Below, piece by piece: positions 12,270 to 22,391 of a stretch of 64,000 nucleotides of DNA. Both the position numbers and the translations under genes were made by a program. Each line of letters begins with the position of its first letter. The stretch's first letter is position 1. Origin of the DNA: Mycobacteriales bacterium (GTDB lineage: Bacteria; Actinomycetota; Actinomycetes; Mycobacteriales; SCTD01). The notes under the pieces are model-generated. The model searched no databases. It was not told the DNA's origin and was given only the letters and a program-made list of their open reading frames with translations. The DNA is taken from the NCBI GenBank assembly GCA_046595815.1, contig JBKJSN010000093.1, positions 1,343 to 65,342 on the forward strand, written 5' to 3'.

Positions 12270-13502
12270 ATGGATCACGCCAGCCTGCGCGCGGCCTTCG
12301 CGCGCCGCCTCTCGCACCTGTACGCCGAAGAGGTGCCGGCCTACGCCACGCTGGTCGAGGTCAGCCGAGCCGTCAACGCCGACGTCGCGGCCGCCCTCGG
12401 GTCCGATGCCGAGCGCCTGGGCTCGATCGAGCGGGTGACCGAGGAGCGGCACGGGGCGATCCGGGTCGGCTCGCTCGCCGAGCTCCGTCAGGTGGCGCAG
12501 GTCTTCGCCGGGTTCGGGATGGAGCCGGTCGGCTTCTACGACCTGCGCGACGCGCGTGGCGCGATCCCGGTCATCAGCACCGGCTTCCGGGCGACGAGCC
12601 CGGAAGAGCTGGAGCGGTCGCCGTTCCGGATGTTCTGCTCGCTGCTCGAGCCGGCCGACCGGCGCTTCTTCGACGCCGACCTGGCCGCCGAGGTCGAGGC
12701 CTTCGTCGCCCGCCGCAGCCTGTTCCCGGACGAGCTGCTCTCCCTCGGCGCTCGCTCCGAGGCATCCGGAGGGCTGGAGGGCGCGGACGCTGAACGGTTC
12801 CTGGACCTGGCCACAGCCGCCTTCGCGCTGTCGCCGGAGCCGGTCGACCGGGCTTGGTACCAGCGGCTGGAGGCGGTGTCCTCGGTCGCGGCGGACATCG
12901 CCGGTGTGACCTCGACCCACCTGAACCACCTCACGCCCCGGGTGCTCGACATCGACGAGCTCTACCGCCGCATGACCGCGCGGGGGGTCGAGATGACCCC
13001 CTCCATCCAGGGCCCGCCGCGCTGGGACGGGCCCGACGTGCTGCTGCGGCAGACCTCCTTCCGTGCCCTCGCCGAGCCGCGGTCCTTCCGTGAGGCTGAC
13101 GGGTCCGTCGTACCCGGGGATCTGAAGGTGCGCTTCGGCGAGGTGGAGTGCCGCGGCATCGCCCTCACCCCGGCAGGGATGGAGCTCTACCAGGACCTCG
13201 TCGGCAAGGACGCGGCGGACTGGGCGCTGAAGGTGCCGGGCACCGAGCAGGGGCTGCGCGAGGAGGGCCTGGCGTGGTTCCGGACCGACGGCACGCCGAT
13301 CGTCTACGAGGACTTCCTGCCGCGGTCGGCCGCCGGCATCTTCCGCTCGAACCTCACCGCTTCCGGCAGCCGCGACGACCAGGCCACGGGGGTCGCGCGC
13401 GATCAGGCCTGGATGGCCGAGCAGCTGGGCAGGGTCGTGCACGACCCGCAGGACCTGTACGCCGAGCAGGCTGGCCTGCCGACCGAGGGACGCGGGCGAT
13501 GA
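12270..13502 (+). CDS. DUF1338 / YdcJ-type 2-oxoadipate dioxygenase-decarboxylase
   Basis: ERHGAIR, PVGFYDL, HLNHLTPRVLDID, LLRQTSF.AL.E, RFGEVE, YEDFLP.SAAGIF. Confidence 0.85.
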   Translation: MDHASLRAAFARRLSHLYAEEVPAYATLVEVSRAVNADVAAALGSDAERLGSIERVTEERHGAIRVGSLAELRQVAQVFAGFGMEPVGFYDLRDARGAIPVISTGFRATSPEELERSPFRMFCSLLEPADRRFFDADLAAEVEAFVARRSLFPDELLSLGARSEASGGLEGADAERFLDLATAAFALSPEPVDRAWYQRLEAVSSVAADIAGVTSTHLNHLTPRVLDIDELYRRMTARGVEMTPSIQGPPRWDGPDVLLRQTSFRALAEPRSFREADGSVVPGDLKVRFGEVECRGIALTPAGMELYQDLVGKDAADWALKVPGTEQGLREEGLAWFRTDGTPIVYEDFLPRSAAGIFRSNLTASGSRDDQATGVARDQAWMAEQLGRVVHDPQDLYAEQAGLPTEGRGR

Positions 13503-14152
13503 GGCGGGTCCTCGCCAGCGCCGTCCTGGGGGTCGGCCTGGTGCTGGCGGGCAGCGCCGTCGCCGCACAGCAGCCGGTGGTCGTCGCGAACTTCTCCTTC
13601 GACGACGCCTCGCCCGGCGACGACACGGTCGTGGTCAACGTCGGCGACCAGATCAAGTTCGTCTTCCCCGAGGCGATCCAGCACTCTGCGACGGTGGATG
13701 GCCTGTTCGACTCGGAGCCACAAAGCGGGGGCGAGACCTGGACGACCAAGACCCTCACCAAGCCCGGCACCTACACGCTCTACTGCACGGTCCACAAGGC
13801 CTCCCGCCACTCCGCGACCCTGCTGGTCCGCGGCTCGACCACGAGCCCCCCTCCGAAGCCCTCGCCGACGAAGACGGCCACCGCGACAAGTGGGCCCACG
13901 GCCGCAGCCACGGCGTCGCCGTCGGCCTCGACTGCACCCACCGCTTCGACGACGGCCGCAGCCAGCGGGTCGCCGACGGCGAGCCCCTCGGGCGACGTGA
14001 CGCCCAGTGCGGACGCCTCCGCCGGAGCGCAGGACGTTGCCACCACGCCCGCGGGCGGGTCCGGAGGCTCGAGCAGGCTCCCGCTGGTCCTGCTGTCGGT
14101 AGTCCTGGCCGCTGCGGCGGTCTACACCGTCATCCGAGCGCGACGCGGCTAG
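13499..14152 (+). CDS. exported cupredoxin-domain protein with Pro/Thr/Ser linker and C-terminal membrane anchor
   Basis: Signal peptide; [26 protein letters not shown]; hydrophobic tail followed by RARRG. Confidence 0.8.
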   Translation: MRRVLASAVLGVGLVLAGSAVAAQQPVVVANFSFDDASPGDDTVVVNVGDQIKFVFPEAIQHSATVDGLFDSEPQSGGETWTTKTLTKPGTYTLYCTVHKASRHSATLLVRGSTTSPPPKPSPTKTATATSGPTAAATASPSASTAPTASTTAAASGSPTASPSGDVTPSADASAGAQDVATTPAGGSGGSSRLPLVLLSVVLAAAAVYTVIRARRG

Positions 14153-14925
14153 CGGGACGCCTCGACGGTCGCCGGGTGCAGCGGCAGGCCTGAGCGCTCG
14201 GCGCACAGCCTCAGCAACTCGTCGTACGCCGGTTCGCCGATGAGCGCCACGATCTCGGGGGCGTAGGAGACCACGACCGGGTCTGCCCCGACGTGCGCCT
14301 CCGGCGAGGACGTGCACCACCAGTGCAGGTCGGCGCCGCCCTCGCCCCAACCCACGCGGTCGAACTCGCCCAGGGTCGACACGGTCACCACGGTGTCGTC
14401 GGGCCGGGTCACGACCTCCTGGGTACGACGGATCGGCAGCTGCCAGCACACATCAGGCTTGGTCTCCAGCGGGTGCAGGCCTTCGCGCAGCGCCAGGCCG
14501 TGCAGGGCGCACCCCTCGCCGCCCGCGAAACCGGTGCGGTTGAGGAAGATGCAGGCGCCCTCGACGACGCGCGTCTTGCGCGCGACCTCTCCGTCGAGCT
14601 CGTCCACGACCGACCAGCCCTGCTCGGCGCCCAGGGCGGCAAGCTGCCAGTGCTCGGGGGTCAGCTGGGCCACGAAACCGGCGACCCGCTGCTCGTCCTC
14701 GTCGTCGCTGTAGTACGCGCCATGGGTGCAGCAGCCGTCCTCAGCGCGTCCCTCGACGACCCCGTGGCAGCCCGCGCCGTAGATGCACGTCCACGACGAC
14801 AGCAGCCAGGTGAGGTCGGCGCGCACCACCTGCTCGGCGTCGGCCGGGTCGGTGAACTCCACGAAGTCGCGGGCGAAGCCGGGCTCGACCTCCCGGACGC
14901 GAGGTAGTCCCAGGTCGACGGTCAC
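14149..14925 (-). CDS. conserved Cys-rich actinobacterial protein (Rv0495c-like)
   Basis: [44 protein letters not shown]. Confidence 0.75.
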   Translation of the reverse strand: MTVDLGLPRVREVEPGFARDFVEFTDPADAEQVVRADLTWLLSSWTCIYGAGCHGVVEGRAEDGCCTHGAYYSDDEDEQRVAGFVAQLTPEHWQLAALGAEQGWSVVDELDGEVARKTRVVEGACIFLNRTGFAGGEGCALHGLALREGLHPLETKPDVCWQLPIRRTQEVVTRPDDTVVTVSTLGEFDRVGWGEGGADLHWWCTSSPEAHVGADPVVVSYAPEIVALIGEPAYDELLRLCAERSGLPLHPATVEASR

Positions 14926-14960
14926 TCGGTCCAGCGTAGTCGCGTCGTACGCTCGCCCGG

Positions 14961-15794
14961 ATGACCAACGACCTGAGCACCGGCGGCCCCGTCCGGGTGC
15001 CTGAGGCGCGTGTCGCGCTGGCCACGGCCAGCGTCTACCCCGAGCCGACTGCGGCTGCGTTCGAGCTCGCCGCTCGGCTGGGGTACGACGGGGTCGAGGT
15101 GATGGTCTGGACCGACCCGGTGAGCCAGGACGTCGAGGCGCTGCAGCGGCTCTCGGACTACCACGAGGTGCCGATCCTGGCGATCCATGCGCCCTGCCTG
15201 GTGATCACCCAGCGGGTCTGGGGCACCGACCCGTGGGTCAAGCTCGTCAAGGCGAAGGAGGCGGCCGAACGGCTGGGCGCCGAGACCGTGGTGGTGCACC
15301 CGCCGTTCCGCTGGCAGCTGGACTACGTGCGGCAGTTCGTCGGCGGGATCCAGCAGATGGCGTCGGAGACGGCCGTGAAGTTCGCGGTGGAGAACATGTT
15401 CCCGCTGCGGGCCCGGGGGCGTGAGGTCTCGCCGTACGGGCTGGACTGGGACCCGACGGCGGAGGACTTCCGGCACTTCACCCTCGACCTGTCGCACACC
15501 TCGGTCTCGCAGTCCGACGGCCTGGCGCTGCGGGAGGACATGGGCGACCGGCTCGCGCACGTGCACATCGCCGACGGGATCGGGACGGCCCGCGATGAGC
15601 ACCTCGTGCCCGGCCGCGGGAACCAGCCCTGCGCCGAACTGCTCGAGGGGCTGGCGGGCGACGGCTTCGACGGGCTGGTGGTGGTGGAGGTCAACACGCG
15701 CAAGTGCCTGGACCGGCAGGAGCGCGAGGCCGACCTCGCCGAGGCGCTGGCCTTCACCCGGCTGAACCTCGCGGCGCCGGCGTGGCCGCAGTGA
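14961..15794 (+). CDS. sugar phosphate isomerase/epimerase (TIM barrel, Rv0498-like)
   Basis: [47 protein letters not shown]. Confidence 0.85.
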   Translation: MTNDLSTGGPVRVPEARVALATASVYPEPTAAAFELAARLGYDGVEVMVWTDPVSQDVEALQRLSDYHEVPILAIHAPCLVITQRVWGTDPWVKLVKAKEAAERLGAETVVVHPPFRWQLDYVRQFVGGIQQMASETAVKFAVENMFPLRARGREVSPYGLDWDPTAEDFRHFTLDLSHTSVSQSDGLALREDMGDRLAHVHIADGIGTARDEHLVPGRGNQPCAELLEGLAGDGFDGLVVVEVNTRKCLDRQEREADLAEALAFTRLNLAAPAWPQ

Positions 15795-16519
15795 CCTTCC
15801 CCGGCTCCCCGACGGCGTTCGAGGAGCTGGTCGAGGACTACGACGCGGCCCGGCCGCGCTACCCCCAGGCGTTGTACGACGGGCTGCCCCTGCCGTCGGC
15901 CGACGTGCTGGAGCTCGGAGCCGGCACGGGGATCGCGTCGGCGGAGCTCGCGACCCGGGCGGGTTCGCTGGTGGTGTCCGACCTCGGGCCACGGATGCTG
16001 GCCCGGGGACTGACCAAGCACTCCTGGCCGGCAGTGGTGGCGAAGGCCGAGGCGCTGCCCTTCGCGGCTGAGTCCTTCGACCTGGTCTGCGGTGCGCAGA
16101 TGTGGCACTGGACCTCCGACCCCGCCCCCGCCGAGGTCGCTCGCGTGCTGCGACCCGGTGGTCGGTTGGCGCTGTGGTGGAACGAAGTGCGCGGCGACGG
16201 GTTGTGGTGGTTCGACGCCCAGCAGGACCGGCTCGAGGCGGGCAACCCGGCGTACCGCCGGGGGTATCGCGAGGTGGACTACCGCGAGCGGGTGGGGCCG
16301 TTGTTCGCGGGGCCGCCGCCGACCGAGATCATCTGGGAACGAAGGCTTTCTCTCGACCTGTATGACCGCTGGCTGCGCTCGAAGTCCTACGTCCAGGCGC
16401 TGCCCGACGTTGAGGGCTTCGTCTCGGCGTCGCGCGCGGACCTGTTGGCTGCCTTTCCCGACGGCGTCGTCGTCGAGCCCTTCGTGACCCGACTGTTCCT
16501 GATGGAGAAGCTCCCGTGA
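15791..16519 (+). CDS. class I SAM-dependent methyltransferase
   Basis: [33 protein letters not shown] overlaps. Confidence 0.85.
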   Translation: MTFPGSPTAFEELVEDYDAARPRYPQALYDGLPLPSADVLELGAGTGIASAELATRAGSLVVSDLGPRMLARGLTKHSWPAVVAKAEALPFAAESFDLVCGAQMWHWTSDPAPAEVARVLRPGGRLALWWNEVRGDGLWWFDAQQDRLEAGNPAYRRGYREVDYRERVGPLFAGPPPTEIIWERRLSLDLYDRWLRSKSYVQALPDVEGFVSASRADLLAAFPDGVVVEPFVTRLFLMEKLP

Positions 16520-17415
16520 ACGTGCTGCGCACCCCCGACTCGTGCTTCGGTGACCTACCCGACTTCCCTTGGGAGCCGAAGTACGCCGAGACCGCCGACG
16601 GGCTGCGGATGGCCTACCTCGACGAGGGCAGCGGCCCCGTCGTACTCCTGCTGCACGGCGAGCCGTCGTGGTCGTTCCTGTGGCGCAAGGTGATCCCGGT
16701 CCTGCTGGACGCCGGGTGCCGGGTCGTCGCGCCGGACCTGATCGGGTTCGGGCGGTCCGACAAGCCGGGCGCGATCGAGGACTACACCTATGCCGGGCAC
16801 GTGGAGTGGCTGCGGTCGGTGCTGCTCGACACCCTGGCGTTACAGGACATCACGCTCGTCGGACAGGACTGGGGCGGGCTGCTCGGGCTGCGGCTCATGA
16901 CGGAGAACCCCGCGCGCTTCGGCCGCGTGGTGTGCGCGAACACCGGGCTGCCGGACGGGCTGCACCGGCTGCCTGAGGAATGGTGGGCCTTCCGCGACTT
17001 CGTGGCCCGCACCCCCGACCTGCCGATCGGGTTCCTGGTGAGCGCCGCGGTGACCGAGCCGATGCCGCCGGAGGTCGTCGCGGCCTACGACGCGCCGTTC
17101 CCCTCGGCTGAGTACAAGATGGGCGCGCGGGCGTTTCCCGACCTCATCCCGCAGACGCCCGAGGACCCGGCCACGCCGGCGAACCAGCACGCGTGGGAGA
17201 TCCTCACGATGTGGGCCAAGCCGTTCCTGTGCGCCTACTCCGACTCCGACCCCATCACGCGCGGCGCCGACAAGCCCTTCCTCGAGCGCGTTCCGGGGAC
17301 CATCGGGCAGCCGCACACCGTCATCGAGGGCGGCGGCCACTTCCTGCAGGAGGACCGCGGCCCCGAGCTCGCTGCCGTGATCGCCGGCTGGCTGCGGCGC
17401 CTGGAAGTCCTGTAG
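16516..17415 (+). CDS. haloalkane dehalogenase (HLD-I type)
   Basis: LRTPD, LHGEPSWSFLWR, PDLIGFGRSDKP, GQDWGG nucleophile, GHFLQED. Confidence 0.9.
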   Translation: MNVLRTPDSCFGDLPDFPWEPKYAETADGLRMAYLDEGSGPVVLLLHGEPSWSFLWRKVIPVLLDAGCRVVAPDLIGFGRSDKPGAIEDYTYAGHVEWLRSVLLDTLALQDITLVGQDWGGLLGLRLMTENPARFGRVVCANTGLPDGLHRLPEEWWAFRDFVARTPDLPIGFLVSAAVTEPMPPEVVAAYDAPFPSAEYKMGARAFPDLIPQTPEDPATPANQHAWEILTMWAKPFLCAYSDSDPITRGADKPFLERVPGTIGQPHTVIEGGGHFLQEDRGPELAAVIAGWLRRLEVL

Positions 17416-17416
17416 G

Positions 17417-17872
17417 TCAGGACTGGTAGGCGAACACGACCTCACCGGTCGTCGGCGCGGACACCACCGGCGATCCCGTCGCAGGGGTGCAGACGCCCAC
17501 CAGCGGCGTCACCCGGATCTCGGTGACGCCACGAAGCCGCAGCCCGTGCTTGCTGGCGTCGCAGGTGACGGTGACCAGGAATGAGCCCTTGTGGAACGCC
17601 TCGATCCTGGCGGCGACGGGCGCACCCGAACCGTCCTTCACGCTGATGCGCACGCCCTTCTCTCCCTTGCGGGGCAGCGACCGGACCTGCCCGACGTTGT
17701 CCGCGGCTGGGCGCTCAGCGCTGGTGGCATAGGCCGTGAGGGCGCCTGCGCTGACCCCACCGCCGGCGAGGTAGACCTGCTTGTCGATGCGCGGCGCCGC
17801 AGCGGAGGCCGGGAGCGACAGGCAGGCCGTGGCGACGGCAACTGCGACCAAGGCAAGGGTGCGGTGCGTCAT
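17417..17872 (-). CDS. secreted hypothetical protein
   Basis: AGGAG RBS, Sec-type signal (MTHRTLALVAVAV...ASA), beta-rich, two Cys in the mature part. Confidence 0.65.
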   Translation of the reverse strand: MTHRTLALVAVAVATACLSLPASAAAPRIDKQVYLAGGGVSAGALTAYATSAERPAADNVGQVRSLPRKGEKGVRISVKDGSGAPVAARIEAFHKGSFLVTVTCDASKHGLRLRGVTEIRVTPLVGVCTPATGSPVVSAPTTGEVVFAYQS

Positions 17873-18008
17873 GACTCTCCTGAGGCTGGGTGGGGCGTCC
17901 TCGCCGCGTCGGGCGCACGACCAGCTGACAGGTTTCCATACTTTCGCCCGATTCGGGTGGGCAGGACGGGCCATTGACCCTCTGCGCCGCTGGGCGTTGC
18001 GTCGGCAC

Positions 18009-19052
18009 ATGACCCGACTTCTCGCCCGTTTCCTGATCGGTCTGCTCGCAGCGTCGGTCCTCGTCACTCCGGGTACGGCGAACGGCCAGCCTCGGACCGG
18101 CCATCAGCTCACCGTGATGTCACGCAACCTCTACCTCGGGTCAGACCTTGCGCCGGCGCTCACGGCAACCACGCCCATCGACCTGCTCATCGGCGTCGCC
18201 ACGATCTACGGCCGGGTGCAGTTCACCGACTTCCCCGCTCGCGCCGGGGCGCTGGCGCAGGAGATCGCCACGGAACGCCCCGACCTGGTGGGGCTGCAGG
18301 AGGTCTCGAAATGGACGGTGACCGGCCCGACGCCCGTGCCGAGCCTGGACTTCCTCGCGATCTTGCAGAGTGAGCTGAGCTCCCGTGGGCTGCACTACGC
18401 CGTGGCGGCGGTGTCGGACAACGCCGACATCGGCCCGTTGCCGCTGGTCGCGCCCTGCGCCGGGGCGATCGGCGCGTGCCTGTTGCGCTTCCAGGACCGC
18501 GACGTCGTGCTGGTCAACACCGACACAGCCGGACTCGTGGTCGGCAATCCTCGGGCGGGGAACTACTCGGCGCAGGTCGTACTCTCGAGCCCGGTCGGGC
18601 CCCTGTCGTTCGCTCGGGGCTGGGCGAGCGTCGACGGGACGTACGGCGGGCAGCGCTTCCGCTTCGCCGTGACGCACCTAGAGACCGAGGACTTCCCGGC
18701 AGTCCAGGAGGCGCAGGGGCGGGAGTTCCTGGCCGCGGTGAAGACCCGGGGCGCCGTCATCGCGGTCGGCGACTTCAACAGCGCCCACGACGGCAGCACG
18801 ACCGCGACGTATGCCGCCATCACCGCCGACTACTTCCGCGACGCCTGGAAGGGGTCGTCGGTCGCGACCTGCTGCCAGCCGGGGTTGCTCGTGGACCCCG
18901 TGTCCAGGCTGGGGACGCGCATCGACCTCGTGCTCGCGCACGCGGTGCACCCGCTGTCCTCGCACGTCGTGGGTGCCACGCCCTTCCAGGCTTCGCCGCC
19001 CTTCTGGGCCTCGGACCATGCCGGCGTCGTCACCACCCTCCGCCTGCACTGA
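18009..19052 (+). CDS. secreted endonuclease/exonuclease/phosphatase (EEP) family protein
   Basis: VMSRNLYLG, PDLVGLQEV, THLE, GDFNS, RIDLVL, SDHAGV; signal peptide. Confidence 0.9.
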   Translation: MTRLLARFLIGLLAASVLVTPGTANGQPRTGHQLTVMSRNLYLGSDLAPALTATTPIDLLIGVATIYGRVQFTDFPARAGALAQEIATERPDLVGLQEVSKWTVTGPTPVPSLDFLAILQSELSSRGLHYAVAAVSDNADIGPLPLVAPCAGAIGACLLRFQDRDVVLVNTDTAGLVVGNPRAGNYSAQVVLSSPVGPLSFARGWASVDGTYGGQRFRFAVTHLETEDFPAVQEAQGREFLAAVKTRGAVIAVGDFNSAHDGSTTATYAAITADYFRDAWKGSSVATCCQPGLLVDPVSRLGTRIDLVLAHAVHPLSSHVVGATPFQASPPFWASDHAGVVTTLRLH

Positions 19053-19130
19053 CCGGCTGCCGAGTTCCGGCGGGTCAGGGAAATGGCGGAAGCGGCACCG
19101 CGTCCCCTGCTCCGTGCGACAGTCACTGAC

Positions 19131-19397
19131 ATGACCGCTTCACGGCGACATCGTTGGGTGGCCCCGGTTCTGGGCCTACTCCAGCTCGCAGCCTTCATGC
19201 CCTATTTGATGGCGGGTCTCATCGCTCCCGAGGGGCAACTCGCGCTGGTCCGTGCGCTTTGGGTCGTGTTCGCCGTCGTGGCTGTGGTGGTCTACCGACG
19301 CAACCGTTTGCTGTCCCTGGCCGTTCCAGGAGCCACGCTGCTGATGGGAATTGCGCTGATGGTTGTGGGTGGGGCCTTCTTGGGATGGCAGGGGTAA
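19131..19397 (+). CDS. small 3-TM membrane protein
   Basis: Three hydrophobic stretches in 88 aa; codon usage less GC-biased than neighbours. Confidence 0.55.
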   Translation: MTASRRHRWVAPVLGLLQLAAFMPYLMAGLIAPEGQLALVRALWVVFAVVAVVVYRRNRLLSLAVPGATLLMGIALMVVGGAFLGWQG

Positions 19398-19426
19398 CCC
19401 GGGTCCTCTGTCCCGACCGACTCCAA

Positions 19427-20176
19427 TCAGGCGGAGCTGACGGCCACGACCTGGCCGGGTCGCGTGGGCACGACGCCCGCCGACTCGAGGCTGAGGCCGA
19501 AGCCAGCCGTCCTGTCGTAGGGGAGCACCAGCTGGTGTGCCTCTCCGACGGTCCCTGGTTGGGTGGCGCGGAGCGAGCCGACCAGGGTCATCTCTCCCTC
19601 ACGCGGGAGCTGCCACAGCACGTAGACCTTGTTGGCCGACGGCGGTCGCAACGTGGTCGACAGCAACTGCACCTTTCCGTCCCGCACCAGCAGCGTGGCC
19701 TTGTCCTGCAGGTTCACCACGTGGCAGCCAGGCGAGGAGGTGCACGCCGACAGCGCCAGCTGCTGCGGGGTCTGCGCTGGTCCCGACTGGGCGGCGAGGT
19801 AGGCCGCTCCGGCACCAAGCACGAGTACGGCGGCCGCGGCGGCGCTGACCAGGCGAGGCGCCCGCCGGCGGGCACGCACCTCGTCCAGCGAGGTGACCGG
19901 AGCAGGGGTCATGCCGGCGCCGCCGTCCTCCGCGCCCCTCGCCGCTGACGTCGGCGGCAAGATCCCGGCGCGGATGCGCTCCCAGCTCGGCGCTTGGTCC
20001 TCGGGGTTCACGAGGGTGCCGAGCCGGGCGGCGACGAGAGCGTGGTCCGCCAGCACGTCCGGGCAGCGCTCGCAGGTGGCCAGGTGGGCGAGGAACGCCG
20101 CCTCGTCCTCCGGCTCAAGGGCGCTCAGGGCGTGGCCAGCGGCAAGCTCCTCCCAGTGCTCGTGCACCTCAGTCAT
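19427..20176 (-). CDS. anti-sigma factor RskA-type with ZAS motif (copy 1)
   Basis: H...ALEP.D...F..HL..C..C; TM helix; YVLW, FGLSLE..G..PT.P. Confidence 0.85.
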   Translation of the reverse strand: MTEVHEHWEELAAGHALSALEPEDEAAFLAHLATCERCPDVLADHALVAARLGTLVNPEDQAPSWERIRAGILPPTSAARGAEDGGAGMTPAPVTSLDEVRARRRAPRLVSAAAAAVLVLGAGAAYLAAQSGPAQTPQQLALSACTSSPGCHVVNLQDKATLLVRDGKVQLLSTTLRPPSANKVYVLWQLPREGEMTLVGSLRATQPGTVGEAHQLVLPYDRTAGFGLSLESAGVVPTRPGQVVAVSSA

Positions 20177-20753
20177 GCAGCTCGCCCCCGCCCTCTCCCA
20201 AGTCCGGCCCCAGCTCCTCGCGCAGCTTGCGCAGGGCAGCCAGCGTCCGGCTCTTCACCGTGCCGAGCGGCATCCCTGTCATCTCGGCGATCTCCCGTTG
20301 CGTGTAGCCGCCGTAATAGGCGATCAGAAGGACCTCGCGCTGCTCAGGGGGCAGGATGCTCAGCGCCTCCCGGGTCCGCTCGGCGCGAAGGGTCGCCCAC
20401 GCCTCGTCGTCGGGCCCCGGGCTGGCCGAGACGAGATCGAGCATCACCTGGTCTTCGCTGAGGCGCCGACGACGGGTGCTCTCGCGACGAACCGCGTCGA
20501 CGGCCTTGTGGTGGGTGACCGAGAGCAGCCACGTGCTGACAGCGCCTCGCGCCGGGTCGTAGCCGGTCCCCTGCCACAGCGCGAGGAAGACCTGCTGCAC
20601 AACGTCCTCCGCCAGCTGCGGGTCGTTGAGGATGCGCCGGGCGAGTGCGTAGCAGGGCCGTCCGTAGCGCCCGTAGATGATCTCCAGCGCGCCCTCGTCA
20701 CCGGAGGCAAGGCGACGGATGAGCTCGCCATCCTCCAACGCGGTCGCGGACAT
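20169..20753 (-). CDS. ECF sigma factor, SigK-like
   Basis: AEDVVQQVFLALW, YDPARG.V.TWLL...HHKAVD.VR, AYYGGYTQREIA...PLGTVKSR; an in-frame upstream start at 20807/20810 is also possible. Confidence 0.9.
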   Translation of the reverse strand: MSATALEDGELIRRLASGDEGALEIIYGRYGRPCYALARRILNDPQLAEDVVQQVFLALWQGTGYDPARGAVSTWLLSVTHHKAVDAVRRESTRRRRLSEDQVMLDLVSASPGPDDEAWATLRAERTREALSILPPEQREVLLIAYYGGYTQREIAEMTGMPLGTVKSRTLAALRKLREELGPDLGEGGGELHD

Positions 20754-20806
20754 GGGCCCACTGTGCCAGACGTCCTGAGCGGTCACGACCGGCGGGAGCG
20801 TGGTCA

Positions 20807-21583
20807 TCACGTCTCCCCGGCCAGGAGGGGTGTCTGGATGGTGCGTACCGGCACGGCGCGCCCCTTCTCTCTCGTGACCATGAAGGCCTTGGCGGTGTCA
20901 GCGGATGCGAGCTCGAGATCGTTGATGACGCTCACGCGCGCTGACGTGACGTCGAAGGCGCCGACCGCGTGGACGTCCCCGAAGGTCGTCTTCACCCACA
21001 GCACGTAGACGCTGGTGCGCGCGTCGTTCGGGGTCACCCCGGACATGACAAGCGAGAGGGTGCGCCCGTTGACGATGACCGCGCCGCGGCCGCCGTCACC
21101 CTGGAGGTCGATCTTCCGCGTACCCGGGACGAGGAGTGATGCGACGGTCGAGCCGAGCCGGTCGGCGGCCAGCTGAGCCTGCTGCTCCCGGGGGCTCGGT
21201 CCCCGGCCGACCGACAGCACGAGCGCCAGTACGACGACCGCGGCGGCCGCGCTGACGAGGGAGGTCATGAGCCGCACGGAGCGGCGTTGGGGCCTGGTGG
21301 CCCGAAGGCCGGGACGCAGAGGCGCCGGCGGTTCGAGCTGTCGGCGCGAGGAGACCGCGCCGGAGCGGATCCCGTGAAGGAGGGAGGCAGGAGGGGCTTC
21401 GGTCGTCACGGCCCACGCGAGGTGGGCCAGGGTGTCGCGGTGGCCGGCAACGGCGCGCTCGCAGACCGGACACGTCGACAGGTGGTCCAGGAACAGCAGC
21501 TCGTCGTCAGGCTCCAGCGCGGACAGGGCCCACCCGGCTGCGAGCACGTCGTAGTCCGCGTGCCTGCGCTCGCGGTCGCTCAT
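20807..21583 (-). CDS. anti-sigma factor RskA-type with ZAS motif (copy 2)
   Basis: H..YDVLAAGWALSALEPDDE..FLDHLSTCPVC; TM helix; YVLW, FMVTRE. Confidence 0.85.
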   Translation of the reverse strand: MSDRERRHADYDVLAAGWALSALEPDDELLFLDHLSTCPVCERAVAGHRDTLAHLAWAVTTEAPPASLLHGIRSGAVSSRRQLEPPAPLRPGLRATRPQRRSVRLMTSLVSAAAAVVVLALVLSVGRGPSPREQQAQLAADRLGSTVASLLVPGTRKIDLQGDGGRGAVIVNGRTLSLVMSGVTPNDARTSVYVLWVKTTFGDVHAVGAFDVTSARVSVINDLELASADTAKAFMVTREKGRAVPVRTIQTPLLAGET

Positions 21584-21627
21584 CACGCCGCCTCGGGCGG
21601 CCGGCTGACCGCGCTCGCTGTCCTCAC
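21583..21627 (-). other. leaderless 14-codon mini-ORF (MRTASAVSRPPEAA) coupled to anti-sigma copy 2
   Basis: GTG exactly 8 nt after the CGAA -10, as in the two sister promoters; TGA overlaps the anti-sigma start (GTGATG). Confidence 0.4.
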
Positions 21628-21635
21628 GCAGTGCA

Positions 21636-21662
21636 TTCGCGCGCCGAGCGTCTCCGGATCGG
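21636..21662 (-). promoter_or_regulatory. SigK-type promoter 1
   Basis: CCGATCC-N16-CGAA. Confidence 0.6.
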
Positions 21663-21673
21663 TGCCGGGAGCC

Positions 21674-22309
21674 TCAGTGGGAGGCATGAGGTGCTCCGTC
21701 GTGCTCGTGCTGGAGCCGGCAGCTGAAGTAGGCCGTGACGCCACGGTCGACCCCGCGAGAGTCGATGTCACCGGTCAGGATCGGCGCCGACGGGCACGGC
21801 GCCACCGAGGAGCCGTGCTCATGGGACGGGCTGGCGAGGGCCGTGCCGCTCACCGAGCCGCAGAGCAGCAGCACGGCCGCGAAGCCGAGAGCCCTGCCCC
21901 GTCCCAGCGGCGCGGACAGGGCGCGGGGGCGGCGAGAGAGCAGCAGCGCACCGAGGGCAACAGGCACCTCGAGGGCACAGCACAGCAGGTCCCTCGTCCC
22001 CACGGGCTCCGCGGTGAAGGCCGCCGGTCCGAGGGGCAGACCGGTCGTCCTGCTCACCAGGTACGTCCCGATGAACACCAGTGAGACCAAGCCTCCCAGG
22101 CGTAGGGCCACTCGCGAGTCCCGTGTCGCGACGAGGACGGCCCACAGCACCTGGAAGACACCGGCAGCGGCGAAGGCGACGCCCAGCGGCCGCCACTGCT
22201 GGTAGTGCTCGCCGACGAAGGACAGGTGAACGGCTCCAGCACCTAGTGAGGCCGCAGCGAGGACGATTCGAGCTGCCGTGCGCTGCGGCAGGCCGGAGAG
22301 AGTCTTCAT
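21674..22309 (-). CDS. multi-TM membrane protein with His motifs
   Basis: GAVHL....EHY..W, SRTTGLPLGP; C-terminal HEH..C...C..HEHDGAPHASH. Confidence 0.75.
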   Translation of the reverse strand: MKTLSGLPQRTAARIVLAAASLGAGAVHLSFVGEHYQQWRPLGVAFAAAGVFQVLWAVLVATRDSRVALRLGGLVSLVFIGTYLVSRTTGLPLGPAAFTAEPVGTRDLLCCALEVPVALGALLLSRRPRALSAPLGRGRALGFAAVLLLCGSVSGTALASPSHEHGSSVAPCPSAPILTGDIDSRGVDRGVTAYFSCRLQHEHDGAPHASH

Positions 22310-22317
22310 GCCAGGCG

Positions 22318-22344
22318 TTCGCGCCGGTGAGCTTCTCGGACTTC
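22318..22344 (-). promoter_or_regulatory. SigK-type promoter 2 (leaderless)
   Basis: GAAGTCC-N16-CGAA-N8-ATG(22309). Confidence 0.55.
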
Positions 22345-22356
22345 CCTGGCGCTGTG

Positions 22357-22383
22357 CCGAACCGAATGGCCGGGCGGCGCGAA
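22357..22383 (+). promoter_or_regulatory. SigK-type promoter 3 (leaderless)
   Basis: CCGAACC-N16-CGAA-N8-ATG(22392). Confidence 0.6.
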
Positions 22384-22391
22384 AGCAAGGC

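Noticed and set aside
22335..22363. CTCGG-N16-GCCGAACC as a fourth WhiG-type promoter
   Set aside because: The -35 is mismatched and the same bases are better explained by the two divergent SigK-type promoters.
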